Source: Marsupella aquatica (lineage: Eukaryota > Plantae > Marchantiophyta). From it: a DNA stretch of 64,000 bases. This document shows positions 25,200-37,257 of this stretch, piece after piece. Position 1 is the stretch's first letter; each line of letters starts with the position of its first letter. Where the stretch lies: contig OZ316896.1 of NCBI GenBank assembly GCA_973895155.1, positions 558,001-622,000 on the forward strand, in the 5' to 3' direction. The position numbers and the translations under genes were made by a program. Under the pieces are notes generated by a model. It was not told the DNA's origin and ran no database searches. It saw only the letters and a program-made list of their open reading frames with translations.

Positions 25200-26770
25200 C
25201 TAAGTCTTTGGAAAAGCATTAGAAAGATGCTTCAACCAGGTAGGGCGCTTTGAAATGTCAAGCCACCAGGCTTGTACAGCTGGCCTCTTCTCAAAAATCT
25301 CACCTTTCCTGGCATGGTTAATTAGATAGTGAGTAAATGGAAGATGGGATAGGTCTGCTAAACTAAAGAAATCACCTGCCAAGTACTTTTGTCCAGGTTT
25401 GGAAAGATGTAACTGATACACATCCAAGACTTTCTCTAGCTTCTCCAGATGTACTTTGGCTACTTCAGGGTCACCTACTTTGCCAAACCAGGCTGCAAAC
25501 ACCAAGTGGTACACAATTGGACCAATTGCAGGGTTGTAATTTTGGGCCTCAACTTCCAACCATTGCTCCACCATGCACTTATCTTTCTCAGTTGATCCAT
25601 ACAAGGGAGTCCCTTTTCCCTCGTACTTTCTAGCAATGTATCTTATAATAGCTCTTGACTCTGCAATAGACAATTGAGATCACCAGATGAAAATTTCTAT
25701 ATCACATGTTTGAAGGGAGACAAAAATTGTCTCAAAATACACAGAGAATAATGTGTTGTAACAATTAGTTTGCAAGATTTGAGTTGTAATATTAAGGAAT
25801 TACACATAACGAAGCAATACCAGACAATGATTCCTTTGCAGTCGTGACATCCCACTCACTGACTTCAATTCTATCAACCCATGCTTGCCATAATACGATG
25901 TCAATCTTTCAAATCATTGACTAATAAACAACCAGCCCCAACTATAAGTCCAAATCTTTCACAAATTTTCTTGCACCTAAGCCATGAAGCTCAACTAGTG
26001 TAAGTGATGCACTCATTAATTACAAATATTACCCTTTGCGCCACTCTTTGGGTTAGGATGGACAAGAATCCAATGACCCAAAACTAGGATTTGTCATTTT
26101 TGTCAAAGTATTCCGATGAAACTCTAGCTCAGAGCTTAGACTTTAACTATGTAATCTAGATTGAAAGCTACACTTCACCGCCCATGGGCTATCTGAGTGA
26201 AGCCTCTAGACCATGGGCGGCATATATAACTGAAGCTGGATGTGAGTAGAAATGGAGATTGGTGAAGTTGGCATGCAAGATTACGACAGGGGTTGGGGGC
26301 CAGGGTGAGTCTCTAACGGGTCTCTAAGAATGGCACAGCAGGCTTGCAACTCTACTTATGTTCAACAAACAGGCACTCAGGCTAGTGTAGACAAGCATGG
26401 GAAATTTCACTTACCATAGAGAACAAGCTCTTTGTCTTGCAACACTGGAATCACACCAAACGGCTGAAAATGGCAACACAAACATATGGCAGCTCAGCAG
26501 ATGCTTTTATCTATTTATTCAGCATTGGCTATCGGAATTTGATTTGAGACAATGTAAAGCAAGCCTATAGTAAGCTACCTGAAGCTTAAGGTACTCTGGT
26601 TTTTTGTGATCTTCTGTTTTAATAATGTCAACTGTGGTAAGATCATAGTCCATGTTCTTCTCCATAAGCGCCATTAGAACTCGGCTGGTGCATATAGATG
26701 GGCGAATGCCCCATACTCTAACTTTCAATGAATTGACCTCCTTGTCCTTATCTTTTCCGCTGGTGGCCAT
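25200..26770 (-). CDS. GSTF: Phi-class glutathione S-transferase (233 aa)
   Basis: Exons are 26770-26579, 26463-26415 (the 49-nt middle exon typical of phi GSTs) and 25660-25200. Motifs: HKKPEYLKLQPFGVIPVLQD..LYESRAIIRY, VEQWLEVEAQNY and YLAGDFFSLADLSHLP. Confidence 0.95.
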
Positions 26771-29185
26771 TGTGTGTGATCTTGAATAGAAACCTCAGAG
26801 ATGTGTTTGTTTCAAAAAATTGGCAAGATAAATAAGGGCCAATCCTGAAAGAACTTGTATCTCTACCTGACCTGAAGTTCTCTCTTCTCAAAAGGGACAA
26901 AACCCTAGAAGGCAACCCGAAGAACCAATTAAAGGGAAACAACCCAGAAGACCTAATAAGAGGTGTGTCAAAACCATCAGTAAAGAAGGACCTGAACCAG
27001 AGTCACCTGGCTACTAATAAGAGGTTCAATGAACCTAAGGGTGGCTTTACAATGTGTGGGGTGCACTTGTGAACGCTTTTCATCAAGGTCCCCTTTTGAA
27101 GGTGGTCTGCATACAAAACCCTTCTGAAATGAAGTTGAATAAATTCAAATCCCTTGATGGAGGAGCCAAAGTTTGGAAGTGTTTGCACCACCTCTAGAAG
27201 TGGTAAGAAAATCTAAACAAAAAAGGCACCTCCACATTAACAGTTTTTGGACCAACTACTTGCAAAGTAGGATCAGCTGATAGACCATTTTTTAGTCCAA
27301 CTACTGCAAAGTTAGATCAGCTACCTGTAAAGACGCTGTACCTGAATTGGCCCCCAAATTCTTGTAAAGCCAGCTGTAGACTCATTATGCGGTCAAGATT
27401 TAATATCAGAGAGAATAGAAAGAAGAAGTGTGCATGCCCCCACTATCTTGTCAAGGGACCATAAGAACTGGTCTACCAATGTGGAACTCCTAGACTTCCT
27501 TTGGGTTTTCCTCTGCCTGACTGAGAGTCTTGGCCTTGTCCGCTTGTTTCACGAGTTTAGGCTTTTCTTAGGTTTAATCTACTTGGCCAAAAAGGCAAAA
27601 CAAAAAGTCCCCTCTTTGCCCAACCTGCGGCATTGTTGTAGTACATAAAGTGCGGAAGGCTGCTTGATGCCCCAAACCTACTCTTCAAATTCATTGCCAA
27701 TTTCACGGGGAGTATGCTGTAATCCCAATTTTCAGTGTCACGATTTCTACGAATGGAACAGGAACCCAAAAAGTCCTCTTCCTTCTTTTCCAGTTTGTAA
27801 ACAGACCATGGGAGTGCAATTGGCTGGATTGCTTACTATAGTAGTTAGAGGAACAATCACCATCCGCCAAAAGTCCATCCCACCATTTCAATTTTGTAAA
27901 CAGACCCTGGAAAGTGCCGGATTACTTATTATTAGATTATAGTGACCTGGATCCACCATGTTTTGAAAATAGACAGTGGTGGTTTGAAAGGTAGATGGTT
28001 ATTAGTAGCTGGAATGCCCATTCTTTGAATATTAGAGATAAGACAAAAAAAGCCTGACAAAAGAATCTATGTTGTTACATTTCATCTTTGCCCTATCCGT
28101 GTTTTTATATTCATTCGGTCTTGTTTAATTAGTTTTGTTTACGGACCCCACTAGAGGTCCCTTCCAAAATTCCTGGCGCCATAGTGTGTCACGTCAACAA
28201 CAACCGCAACAAACAAGACTCATCAATTTTGTGATTCAAACTTATAGTTTTCATTCATGTTTGTGTCAGTTTGAGTGTAAATTTTGGGACGCCATGCCGT
28301 AAAAAAAAAGTTAAAAATTGAAAATGCAAAATGCAAAATGCAAGACAATTAAAACTGTCACTATGTAATCGTTTTAGTTACATTTCCAATTTTAAAACTT
28401 AAATTCAAAGATTTATAAAAAATATTTTTCATATAATAAATAATGACTAATAACTAACTTGATAACTTCCTTGTTAAAGGGTAATTGGCACCTCTAGTAA
28501 GATTTCCAGCCCTTTGCTTTTAAGGTAAACTGCTAGCCATGGTCCGAACTTGAACACTGAACTAACTTATGCAATTCATTTGATCAGACATTTATCTAAT
28601 TGCAAATGAACTTGTCACAGATTGAATTTTGACTCTCGTAGCTTGAGAATTTGGTAGCATGTAGCAAAAAGGCCTGATTTTGACAACTAATTATGATAAC
28701 CATGTTGTCAATTAGCCAAGGGGTACAGAACTAATTTTATGTTATTGTATACAAACTCCACCCTAGAAGTCTAGACCCCAACTCTAGCTTGTGTGCTGGC
28801 TTTATAAGTTTCAACAATTAAGTAAATTACCACTAAAACTGTTCTAATTGACAATTATAGTGCCATCATGGTTTCTGTATTTACAAATATGTTAAAATGT
28901 TCTAATTGACAATATGGCCATGATTGTTTCTGTATTTACAACTATGCCCCAGTTTTGTATATGGATGACAAGGTAACCAAGGGGACTATATATTAATTTA
29001 TGTATTTATAAATATACGACTATTTCATATATGGATGACAAGTTCACCAAGGAATTCTATATACTAAAGCTGTGGCATATTTAAGGGGATGATATGCTAA
29101 AATAGTGGCATATTTGTAAATACAATAAAAAATAGTGTAAATTCAAATAATGTCAATACTTCGAATCTAATTTGTTATAAGTTTA

Positions 29186-29423
29186 CGAGCCCTATGCCCA
29201 TGCGTTGCACGGCGCAAGGAGGGCCAACCCACAGAGAGTCGGGCCAGGGCATTTATGGGCAGTGTGGGGAAGCACATGTGCACCAGGGGTGCCTATTTAC
29301 TCCATCAATGATCAGGGAAAACAGTCAAACGAATCCGACGGCTATGAATCTTTCCCTACCAGGAGCTTTTTTGTATTGGGATGAAGGACTAAAAAACACC
29401 TGATCCCATATTATAGTTGTAGA
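29186..29423 (-). mobile_element. Non-autonomous mini-Helitron (~240 bp)
   Basis: On the minus strand it begins A|TCTACAACTATAA and ends with the hairpin CCGTGCAACGCATGG followed by CTCG|T (a degenerate CTAG). It sits between A and T with no TSD. Confidence 0.65.
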
Positions 29424-29975
29424 TAAATAACATGGTTTATAAGTAAGATGGTTGTACAAATCAGACACATTCTTATGGGTTAGATTAAGGGTAATTGTAA
29501 CATACTCGAACAGAGCAATGGGTTAATTAGGCCAATTGGGAGAGAGAAAAGGATCGGTTCCTCAGCTCTACAGTAGAATGGCGTAATCATCGACAAGAAC
29601 ATGACGATTCCTACGGGAAACACGACCGACTTGATCGATTCTTGAGAACATTCAATTCAACAGCAATAAGAAAGAACATGTGAGAAAGAGCATGTGAGTC
29701 AGGGCGACAAACGATCGGACATTCGGACTATTACTGTACTCGTCTATCGATGTAAACAGAAACTCTTCAGTTCGGGTCGAGTTGTAGCGCCTCGTAATCT
29801 TTTCGGGCTTCAGGTTGTGAATTTGGAATCAGGAATGTCCAATCGTCCCCAACAGGAGGAGCATGAGAGACTAGCAATCGGGCTCGAAATTGGAGGTCGG
29901 CGTTTCCAATTGAGTCGACAAACGGGTGTTGCATTTGTAAAGCTCGAGCTCTACAGAGAGTGTCAGGTGTTCGGG

Positions 29976-29989
29976 GTTTAGGGTTTAGG
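29976..29989. promoter_or_regulatory. Telo-box-like motifs (GGGTTTAGGGTTTAGG) upstream of ARP6
   Basis: Tandem TTTAGGG units lie about 270 nt upstream of the ARP6 ATG. Function is inferred only. Confidence 0.35.
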
Positions 29990-30249
29990 ATGGGGGCGAA
30001 ATTGTGATGGAAGTGGTGAGTTGAAACTGCGACGTAATGACCAACCGAAAATCATGAGAATGAATGTTTTCGGTGGATCATGACAGTAGCTAGCAGAATC
30101 CAGCTATGAATCCACCGATCCTGATCAGGCACAGGAAGAATCTACTACATAAGATGCAAAGAGCCGTTTACGGGTGAGCGAGAGAGTTTGAGAGAATGAC
30201 TTGAATTTTCCCGGTCAGGTTTACTTGCGTCCTCGAGAGGACGTAAGTG

Positions 30250-33200
30250 ATGGCGAGGGGTGCAGCGGCAGCGGCCGGAGTTTCGGAAAGCAATGTCGTG
30301 GTGTTGGACAATGGAGCGGGCTTTTGCAAAGCAGGGTTAGCAGGGCATCCTGATTCTCTGGTAGTCGTGCCGCATTGCAAGGCCCGAGCAAAATCAGCCA
30401 AGAAATGGGTCCTGGCAGACCAGCTCGACCAGGTTTCCGACATCCAGGGCATCTCCATACGCCGGCCCTTGGACAGAGGCTACCTGATCGACTCGAAGAT
30501 GGAGAAAGAGATTTGGGATCGCATCTTCAAGACTCGTCTCAAGATCCGCCCCTCGGAGTGTGGCCTATTGCTCGTAGAGCCCCTCTTCAATCCCCCATCT
30601 ATCCAGAAGACGACAGATGAGATCGTTTTCGAGGAATTGGGGTTCCAGTCTCTGTATGTGGGGAATGCCCCCGCACTCACACACATATATGAGGCCAAAA
30701 GGGCGCCGGACAGTCTCCTGGCGAGGTCGGGTTGCAGCTTGGTGGTAGACTCGGGATTTTCGTTTACGCATGCTGCTCCAGTTTTTGATGGGTTTGTCAT
30801 CAACCACGCCGTGAAGAGGCTGAATTTGGGTGGGAAGGCGCTCACCAATTTCATGAAGGAGTTGGTGTCCTACAGGGCCTGGAATATGATGGATGAGACT
30901 TACATCATGGAGGATGTCAAAGAGAAGCTCTGCTTCGTTTCGTTGGATATACCTGCTGATCTTGTTGTTGCCAGGTCCTAGACTTTGTTGCCCTTCTGGA
31001 TTCATTTCTGGATACCCCTTTTCCGCTCTGGTCGAGTTTGAAATAGAATTGACATTGAATCCATTTGTATTTGACTATTGAATTTGAATGCTGCTGCTTT
31101 GAACATGAGTTTTAAATTGAGTCAGTTTTTAAGTTCATGGATCCGGAAATATTGGGGTGAGGAACAGAAAGTACTCGAAGCCAAAACTGTTGAGACGATA
31201 TTTGCTGAGAATGTAGCGATGGGGTTTAGTGCGTAGGCATCTAAAATCTGAATAATTCTTGTCCTGTGAAAACTTTTTATCGATTTATTGCTTAGTGGTG
31301 ATTTGTGGTTGCGAAGATGTGTAAATGAAAAAGAATTGCAAAAGAAGAACGGCAAATAGCTGTAAATTAAGAGGGTGAAGAAATTCATAATTCGAGAAGA
31401 TTTGAAATTGTGAAGATTTGTAGGTTTTAGTAGATTTTTAGTCTCGAAGGGTCGTCGACGAAGTTTTGATGAAGTGTATGGTGTAAGATGCTCTTGAGGC
31501 TCTTATGAACTTCCCTTGCGTCATCACCAATATTCTTGTTTAGTCTGAGGGCCAGCAACCCAGTCTGAATTTTTGCGAGTTATTGCTGTAGGAAGCGTGG
31601 CAAAAGCAACTATTTCCTAAGCGAGTATGTGTTGCCTGATGGTATAAAGCACAAGCGTGGTTTCGTCAAGGACCCCGTTGCAGCCGCTGCATCTTTCACC
31701 AAACGGCAAAGGGGAGAGGAAGGACTCGTAGTTGATCAGATAGCTCAATCAACACCAGTGGAAAAAGTGAGAGAGAAGCCAAGAAATTCAGCACAGGCCG
31801 CACAGGACCAGCAGGTACCAACGTGAGCCCCCAACCCAATCTGTAATACAAGATATGTGATGTTGTGATTCTGTGAATTTGCGGAATGAAGTGATCAAAG
31901 TTGTAATTTGAGCTTTGTGCTCAAAAAAGCGAATGAATGTATGGTCGATACCTCGGAGTTGATTAATATCTCGGTGTGGCGTTTTGAACAGGTGCTTAAC
32001 TTGACAAATGAGAGGTTTCTGGTCCCGGAGATGTTATTTTATCCGGCGGACCTCGGTAAGTTTATGACTCCTTACTGTTCCTTGTTGTAACTTTATGGCT
32101 GGAATCATCTTCTGATCAAGAGCTTTATGACTACCAGTCGTTTTAGGAAGTGAACGTTGTGATTCTGACCGGTTCTTCCTTTCTTTGATTGATTGCTTTA
32201 TGGCACCAATTAAATTTTGTTTAGCAACTTAATGGCACTGATTTTGAGGTACCTTTTCCCGGGAAAGTTATTTGATTATCAAATTCTCTATGCCGATATC
32301 TAATACATTTGAAGCGCTGTGACTTGCAGGAATGAATGAGGCAGGATTGGCGGAATCCATAGTTCGAGCTGTCAATTCCTGTCATCCTAACCTCCGTCCT
32401 CTTTTGTACTCCAAGTAAGAAGGTCTCATGATTAACTTGGCTTACAATTTCTGAAAGGGCAATACTGTAGTAATACGGTTCTCTCAAACTAGACTGGATT
32501 ATATGTTATCCCAAAATTGTGTGAAGATGCATGTTGTAGTGGCTTGAATATCCAGAAATTACCGTAGAAGCTATGTGTGAAAATAATCTTGATCGGTTCT
32601 TCGGTTTTTCGAATGTCTGCTTAACGTGGAAAAACCGGTTTGTAAATTTCTCGGTGTGAAAAGTTGTTTAATGAACAGTTCTCTCACTGTCCCAGCAAAA
32701 GATCAGGACCACTATAGCAACAGGCTGTCAATTGATTGCATCCTCTCTGACAATCGGAATGTGATCATGACTACAGCGTGTTGCTGACGGGTGGAAGTAC
32801 AATTTTTCCAGGATTTGAGAAAAGATTGTGAGTTTTGCCCAGAGCTGCTCTTTCTCATGAGTGAAAAGTTACTCTCTTATGATTATCTGTATATTGCTAT
32901 CATTATTTTTGTGTCAAATTTGTCAATACTCTTCAGTTTGGTCTACCAGTGTTTTCCCGGTCCGTCCATTGTGTGATATTGTGTATGATAGGCTCAATTG
33001 GTGATGGATTTGTGGACTTCAGGGAAATGGAGCTGCGACCGCTTGTGCCAGATGAGTACAATGTCAGTATATCTGCAGTTGACAGGTGAGTTCTGTAAGC
33101 TGAGCGTGGTTATTTCTGATGCCATCAATAATGTTTGGAATTGAAATTCATCTCAATAAACTGGCGATTGCTACGAGTTTTTCTCCTCGTCTTCTTCTTG

Positions 33201-33439
33201 TTTTCCCTTTCGTTTTCGTTTCCTTTTGTTCTCCTTACAATTTCTGATGCTGGAACGAGACCTACGCCACCCATTTTGAGAAGTCATTGTTTTGTTTCCG
33301 CATTTCCAGTCCTCTTACAGCTGCTTGGAAGGGAGGATGCTTACTGGCCGAGGGTCCAGACTTTCGTGCCTCAGCAATCACAAAGAAAGAATATGAGGAA
33401 CACGGAACTGCAAGGTGTAGACGAAGATTTATGCATTGA
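30250..33439 (+). CDS. ARP6: Actin-related protein 6, SWR1 complex subunit (~446 aa)
   Basis: Seven phase-consistent exons: 30250-30974, 31592-31814, 31992-32055, 32330-32414, 32777-32827, 33023-33085 and 33310-33439. Motifs: VVLDNGAG, RRPLDRGYL, GGKALTNFMKELVSYR..MDETY, EYVLPDG, LTNERFLVPEMLF and ITKKEYEEHG..CRRRF. Confidence 0.95.
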
Positions 33440-33485
33440 TTCCACTGAAGTCCAACGAGTAGACGAAGATTTGTGCGTAGGTTCC

Positions 33486-33570
33486 GAGTAGAGTAGAGTA
33501 GAGTAGAGTAGAGTAGAGTAGAGTAGAGTAGAGTAGAGTAGAGTAGAGTAGAGTAGAGTAGAGTAGAGTA
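33486..33570. repeat. (GAGTA)17 microsatellite in the ARP6 3' region
   Basis: Perfect pentanucleotide run. Confidence 0.98.
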
Positions 33571-34472
33571 TATGATTTTGCCTCCCTTGCGGAGTGGAGC
33601 TCATTCATCAATTGATAGAAAAGATTTTACATGAATGCTAACAAGCATTTTTCTCCTGGTAACAGGTCTAATTGACAGCAGGGGTCGTCATCTTGATTGC
33701 AATGCACGCTTTGTGATAAAAGCTTTTTGTCCACTTTTGTTCTCTTCAACATATTTCTTAGGCTGCAGGATCGTCCCGGTCAAAGATCGGCTCCTTGCCC
33801 TACGTCATGTGTATTACGGATTTCTTAGCAGTTCATAATTGACGGTAGGATTCGAGTTCTTGATTGCGGTGCCAGTTTTCTTATCACCATCTTTGATGTC
33901 TCCAAAACAACGTCATTGTTGTTTCTGACCAATTTGTGGATGAGTCAAGCAAAGGCTCGTTGCCAATATGCGTTTTTAATGTGTCAAAGGTAGCCTCATC
34001 GCCATTTTGTCACACATTTCTGATGCCTCAAAGAAAGCTGCATTGGTCACTTATGGCGCAACGCACCGTTTGATGTCGCAAGAAAAGCCATGGTGAGCTT
34101 TCCTGACCAACTTATTGATCTGTCATAAATTTCCTGCTACTCTTATCGTTGGCTTTATCTCAGGAGCTTCATTGCCTATTTTTTAATCACTTTTGTATGT
34201 GTCGAAGAACTCGTTGTAGGTTTTTGACAACTCTTATGATTTCTCGAATTTAGGCTTGTTGCCATCTTTCACATACGTAACTGCTTTCTTAGTATTTTCC
34301 CGTTTGAAACTGGATTTGTGTTCTCGATTGTAATTCATGTCAAAAATCTTCTTTTGTTGTCTACAATTTCCTCAAGAATTTCAGAGCCGCTTTTCACCAT
34401 CTAATGGTAATCATTAAATTATATCGAATTTGTTCTGGAAATGGTAGTGAGTTGACTACTCGGATTCGACGC

Positions 34473-35803
34473 TCAAAATTCTTCCTCTTCTGGCTTTACT
34501 TCCTCCGGTGGAGCAGGTGGAAGTTCTTCTGGGACAAATCCTGGGTACTGTTGGATCACAATCAAAGTGAACTGGAGGTCAATCACTGCAATGAGTTCAT
34601 GACGAAGACTTTTTATTCGTATCATGCTGAGGTCATTTTGCGGGTCCAGCTCACGGATTGCACTCCTGGTCATGAGTGCTAAGCTGGGAATCTCATTGGC
34701 ATACTGCACTGCGTGCTCCTCCTGCAAAGTTATAGGCTGCAAATCTTAGACGATCAAAATCTCAAGCTCATACAGTTCACGTCGATTAGCACTAGCATCA
34801 TGAGCCATCTCTAAATTGACACTACTGACTAATTCAGATGTGATGGCATTTAACTCCACTTCGCTTCGAGTTTAGCTCATGTCTTCTGATGGAGTTAACA
34901 TGAATGGTTTAGGTAAACCGGCTAACGTGTTTTTGTGCATGGAGGGGGGGGGGGGGGGGGGTGATAGTTGACCATGTTCGCTGCTCTTGTCGACTTATGC
35001 AACAAAATCCATTTCAGCAAAACTATCACTCATTAGGGCCCTTGGGATGTCGTTTGTCTTGAAACCGGAAGGCGATCCACCCATCAGCAGACAATCATGC
35101 AGTATTATTTACTAACCGGAACTCAATCATTGGGTGAAAATAGTGGCAGACCTCAGGAATGGTGGAGCGAAGAATGTTCCCAACATTGTCGACAATCATC
35201 GTGCCAATCACATCCTACACGCACAACCAATGGTTAGGGTAAATGGCACTCAAGAATTTTGTGTACCTGTCATACTTTCAGTGTTCCTTATGTTACAGTT
35301 TGGTTTCTTAGCGGCTGCATTTGACGACATTGCTAGGCAACACGAAACCGCGCCCATAGTCCCAAGTCCTGAGCGTCAGGGTTTCCAATTTGTCTGGAGC
35401 GATCATGTTGCACATCATTTAAGAGAGACAACAAGAACTGTACACTTCTTAAACTAGGAGATCTGTTATTCCTAGTCTTCCTTGCCTGTAAATATCTCCT
35501 TTGATTATTTTGCGTTGCATTGAGTTTTCTAAAACCTGATCATAAATTTCATAGGCCACTGGGGCAAAGGGACCACTGAGATGGATAAATAGGAACCTTT
35601 AAATTGCTTATCCTCTTGAGCGCTTTCTCCACCTCTGTCTGCCCAACATACAGCACCGATACAAATCAGTACAGGTTCATGATTACATATGGTTATGGCG
35701 AGAGAAAAGTAAAAAGAGAAGTGAAGGAATTGATTTCAAAGTTTCATACTTCACGGCAAGGCTTCAGTCATTCTAGAAGAAATAAGATCAACGAGACTGA
35801 CAT
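34473..35803 (-). CDS. DYNLRB: Dynein light chain roadblock-type (LC7), ~119 aa
   Basis: Exons are 35638-35597 (TEVEKALKRISNLK), 35214-35152 (DVIGTMIVDNVGNILRST) and 34721-34473 (QYA..RSAIRELDPQNDLSMIRIKSLRHEL..FTLIVIQ). The first coding micro-exon ATGTCA at 35803-35798 is tentative. Confidence 0.88.
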
Positions 35804-36529
35804 TCCCTAGTCTTGCAAGAGAGACGACAGAAAATTCTCCATAGAAGTAGACGGTCGGGTGAACAGTATGCCAAAGGTTGCAACTCTCTCAAGTGGAAAT
35901 CCAAAGACTCCATACCAGGACTTAGGGAAGTCCTCATACATAGAAGTACTATCTTGAGAGTGGCTACTGAGCGGCCAACCAACCAAATCGGCAGGTTAAA
36001 GCAAGAAAAACCCACCGCCAAGGTTTTGGACTCCCTTCCTCGCCAAGCAGATTTCAGCTCGTGAATCAGCCGATATCCTCTGGCCTCGGACAGGCTCAAG
36101 TTAGTACCCGGCTCGCAAGATACCAAACCCATGTCTAGAATTCGTTCCCTTTCAGACAATAACTAACCTAAGTCGGTCCCATCGGTTATTTGGTTCTCTG
36201 GACAAAAACCAAATAACCCTCTGGACGAAAACTGTCACTCTAATTTTCGAGCTCAGTCAGATTGATCTCCAACTTGTTTTACAACGGTTTTTCCACCTTT
36301 CTCCATGCGCTCGTTATTCTTAAATTCCATCCCAGTTTTCGTCTCTCCTCCTCCATTACATTTGAGTCCATCCCCACTCTTCTCTCCATTCCTTCATTTA
36401 CCATTTCTCTCTATGTCGAGCGTGGAATGGATGGAACGAACTTGGAAATTAAGTGTTTCTTCACTGTAGATTAGATTCATTAATGTGACCAAATTCTCTC
36501 TCTCTCAGATTGTCTCTTTCTCTCTCTTT

Positions 36530-36905
36530 CTCTAGTGGGCGAATGTCGATCCTCACTCGACGATTTGGATTCTTTCTTCCTCTAGCGGTGAATGTCGATC
36601 CTCACTCAGCGATTTGGTTTCTTTCTTCCTCTAGAAGGTGAATGTCTATCCTTACTCAACGATTTGGTCCAACTCTCTGACCCCTCTTTCTCTTTCTCTC
36701 TCTTTCTCTGGTGGGTCAATGACCATCCTCACTCAACGATTTGGTTTCTTTCTCCCTCTAGAGACTGAATGTCGATCCTCACTTAACGATTTACAACTCT
36801 CTGACCCATCTTGAAGACGAGGTAGGAAATGAGGAAATGAGACAATTTACAACTCTCTGACCCATCTTGAAGACCAGGTAGGAAGGGAGGAAATGAGGAA
36901 ATGAA
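36530..36905. repeat. Degenerate ~50-bp tandem array plus a local duplication
   Basis: About 5 copies of GAATGTCGATCCTCACTC-ACGATTTGG, and TTTACAACTCTCTGACCCATCTTGAAGAC twice. Confidence 0.85.
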
Positions 36906-37173
36906 TTGGGAAAGGAGGAACTCGAGTGAGTGGGAACACCATGGTCTTTGTCGGTCTCCTGAGCTGGGGTTGGTTTAGGTGGCGTGCAGTCCTGTCCTCT
37001 CGAGTGTACTGGATCGATTCGATGTTAATTTGTGCTTGAAGGATTGAAAGAATGAAGAAACGGTGGATGAATGGCAATTCCCCTCTTCATCAGCCGTGTC
37101 AACTTTTACCGGTACCACACTGCTGTTGCTTGGTGGCAGCTTTCTCAATAACTTCCGTTCCATACTACTGTAC

Positions 37174-37257
37174 ATTGTCCTCTATAAGTGCAACCATGGA
37201 TAAGTGCAAGGAATTATGTTTGTCCTCTATAAGTGCAACCATGGATAAGTGCAAGGA
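37174..37257. repeat. 45-bp-period tandem duplication
   Basis: TTGTCCTCTATAAGTGCAACCATGGATAAGTGCAAGGA occurs twice. Confidence 0.9.

Noticed and set aside
30480-31005. Antisense ORFs overlapping ARP6 (likewise those opposite OCT7, PSA3, CHAT and DUF900)
   Set aside because: Shadow frames of real exons with no independent motifs.
33371-33611. ORFs with LLYST repeats
   Set aside because: These are translations of the (GAGTA)n microsatellite.
36530-36800. CRISPR-like regularly spaced repeats
   Set aside because: The intervening sequences are similar CT-rich tracts rather than unique spacers, the context is eukaryotic, and there are no cas genes.
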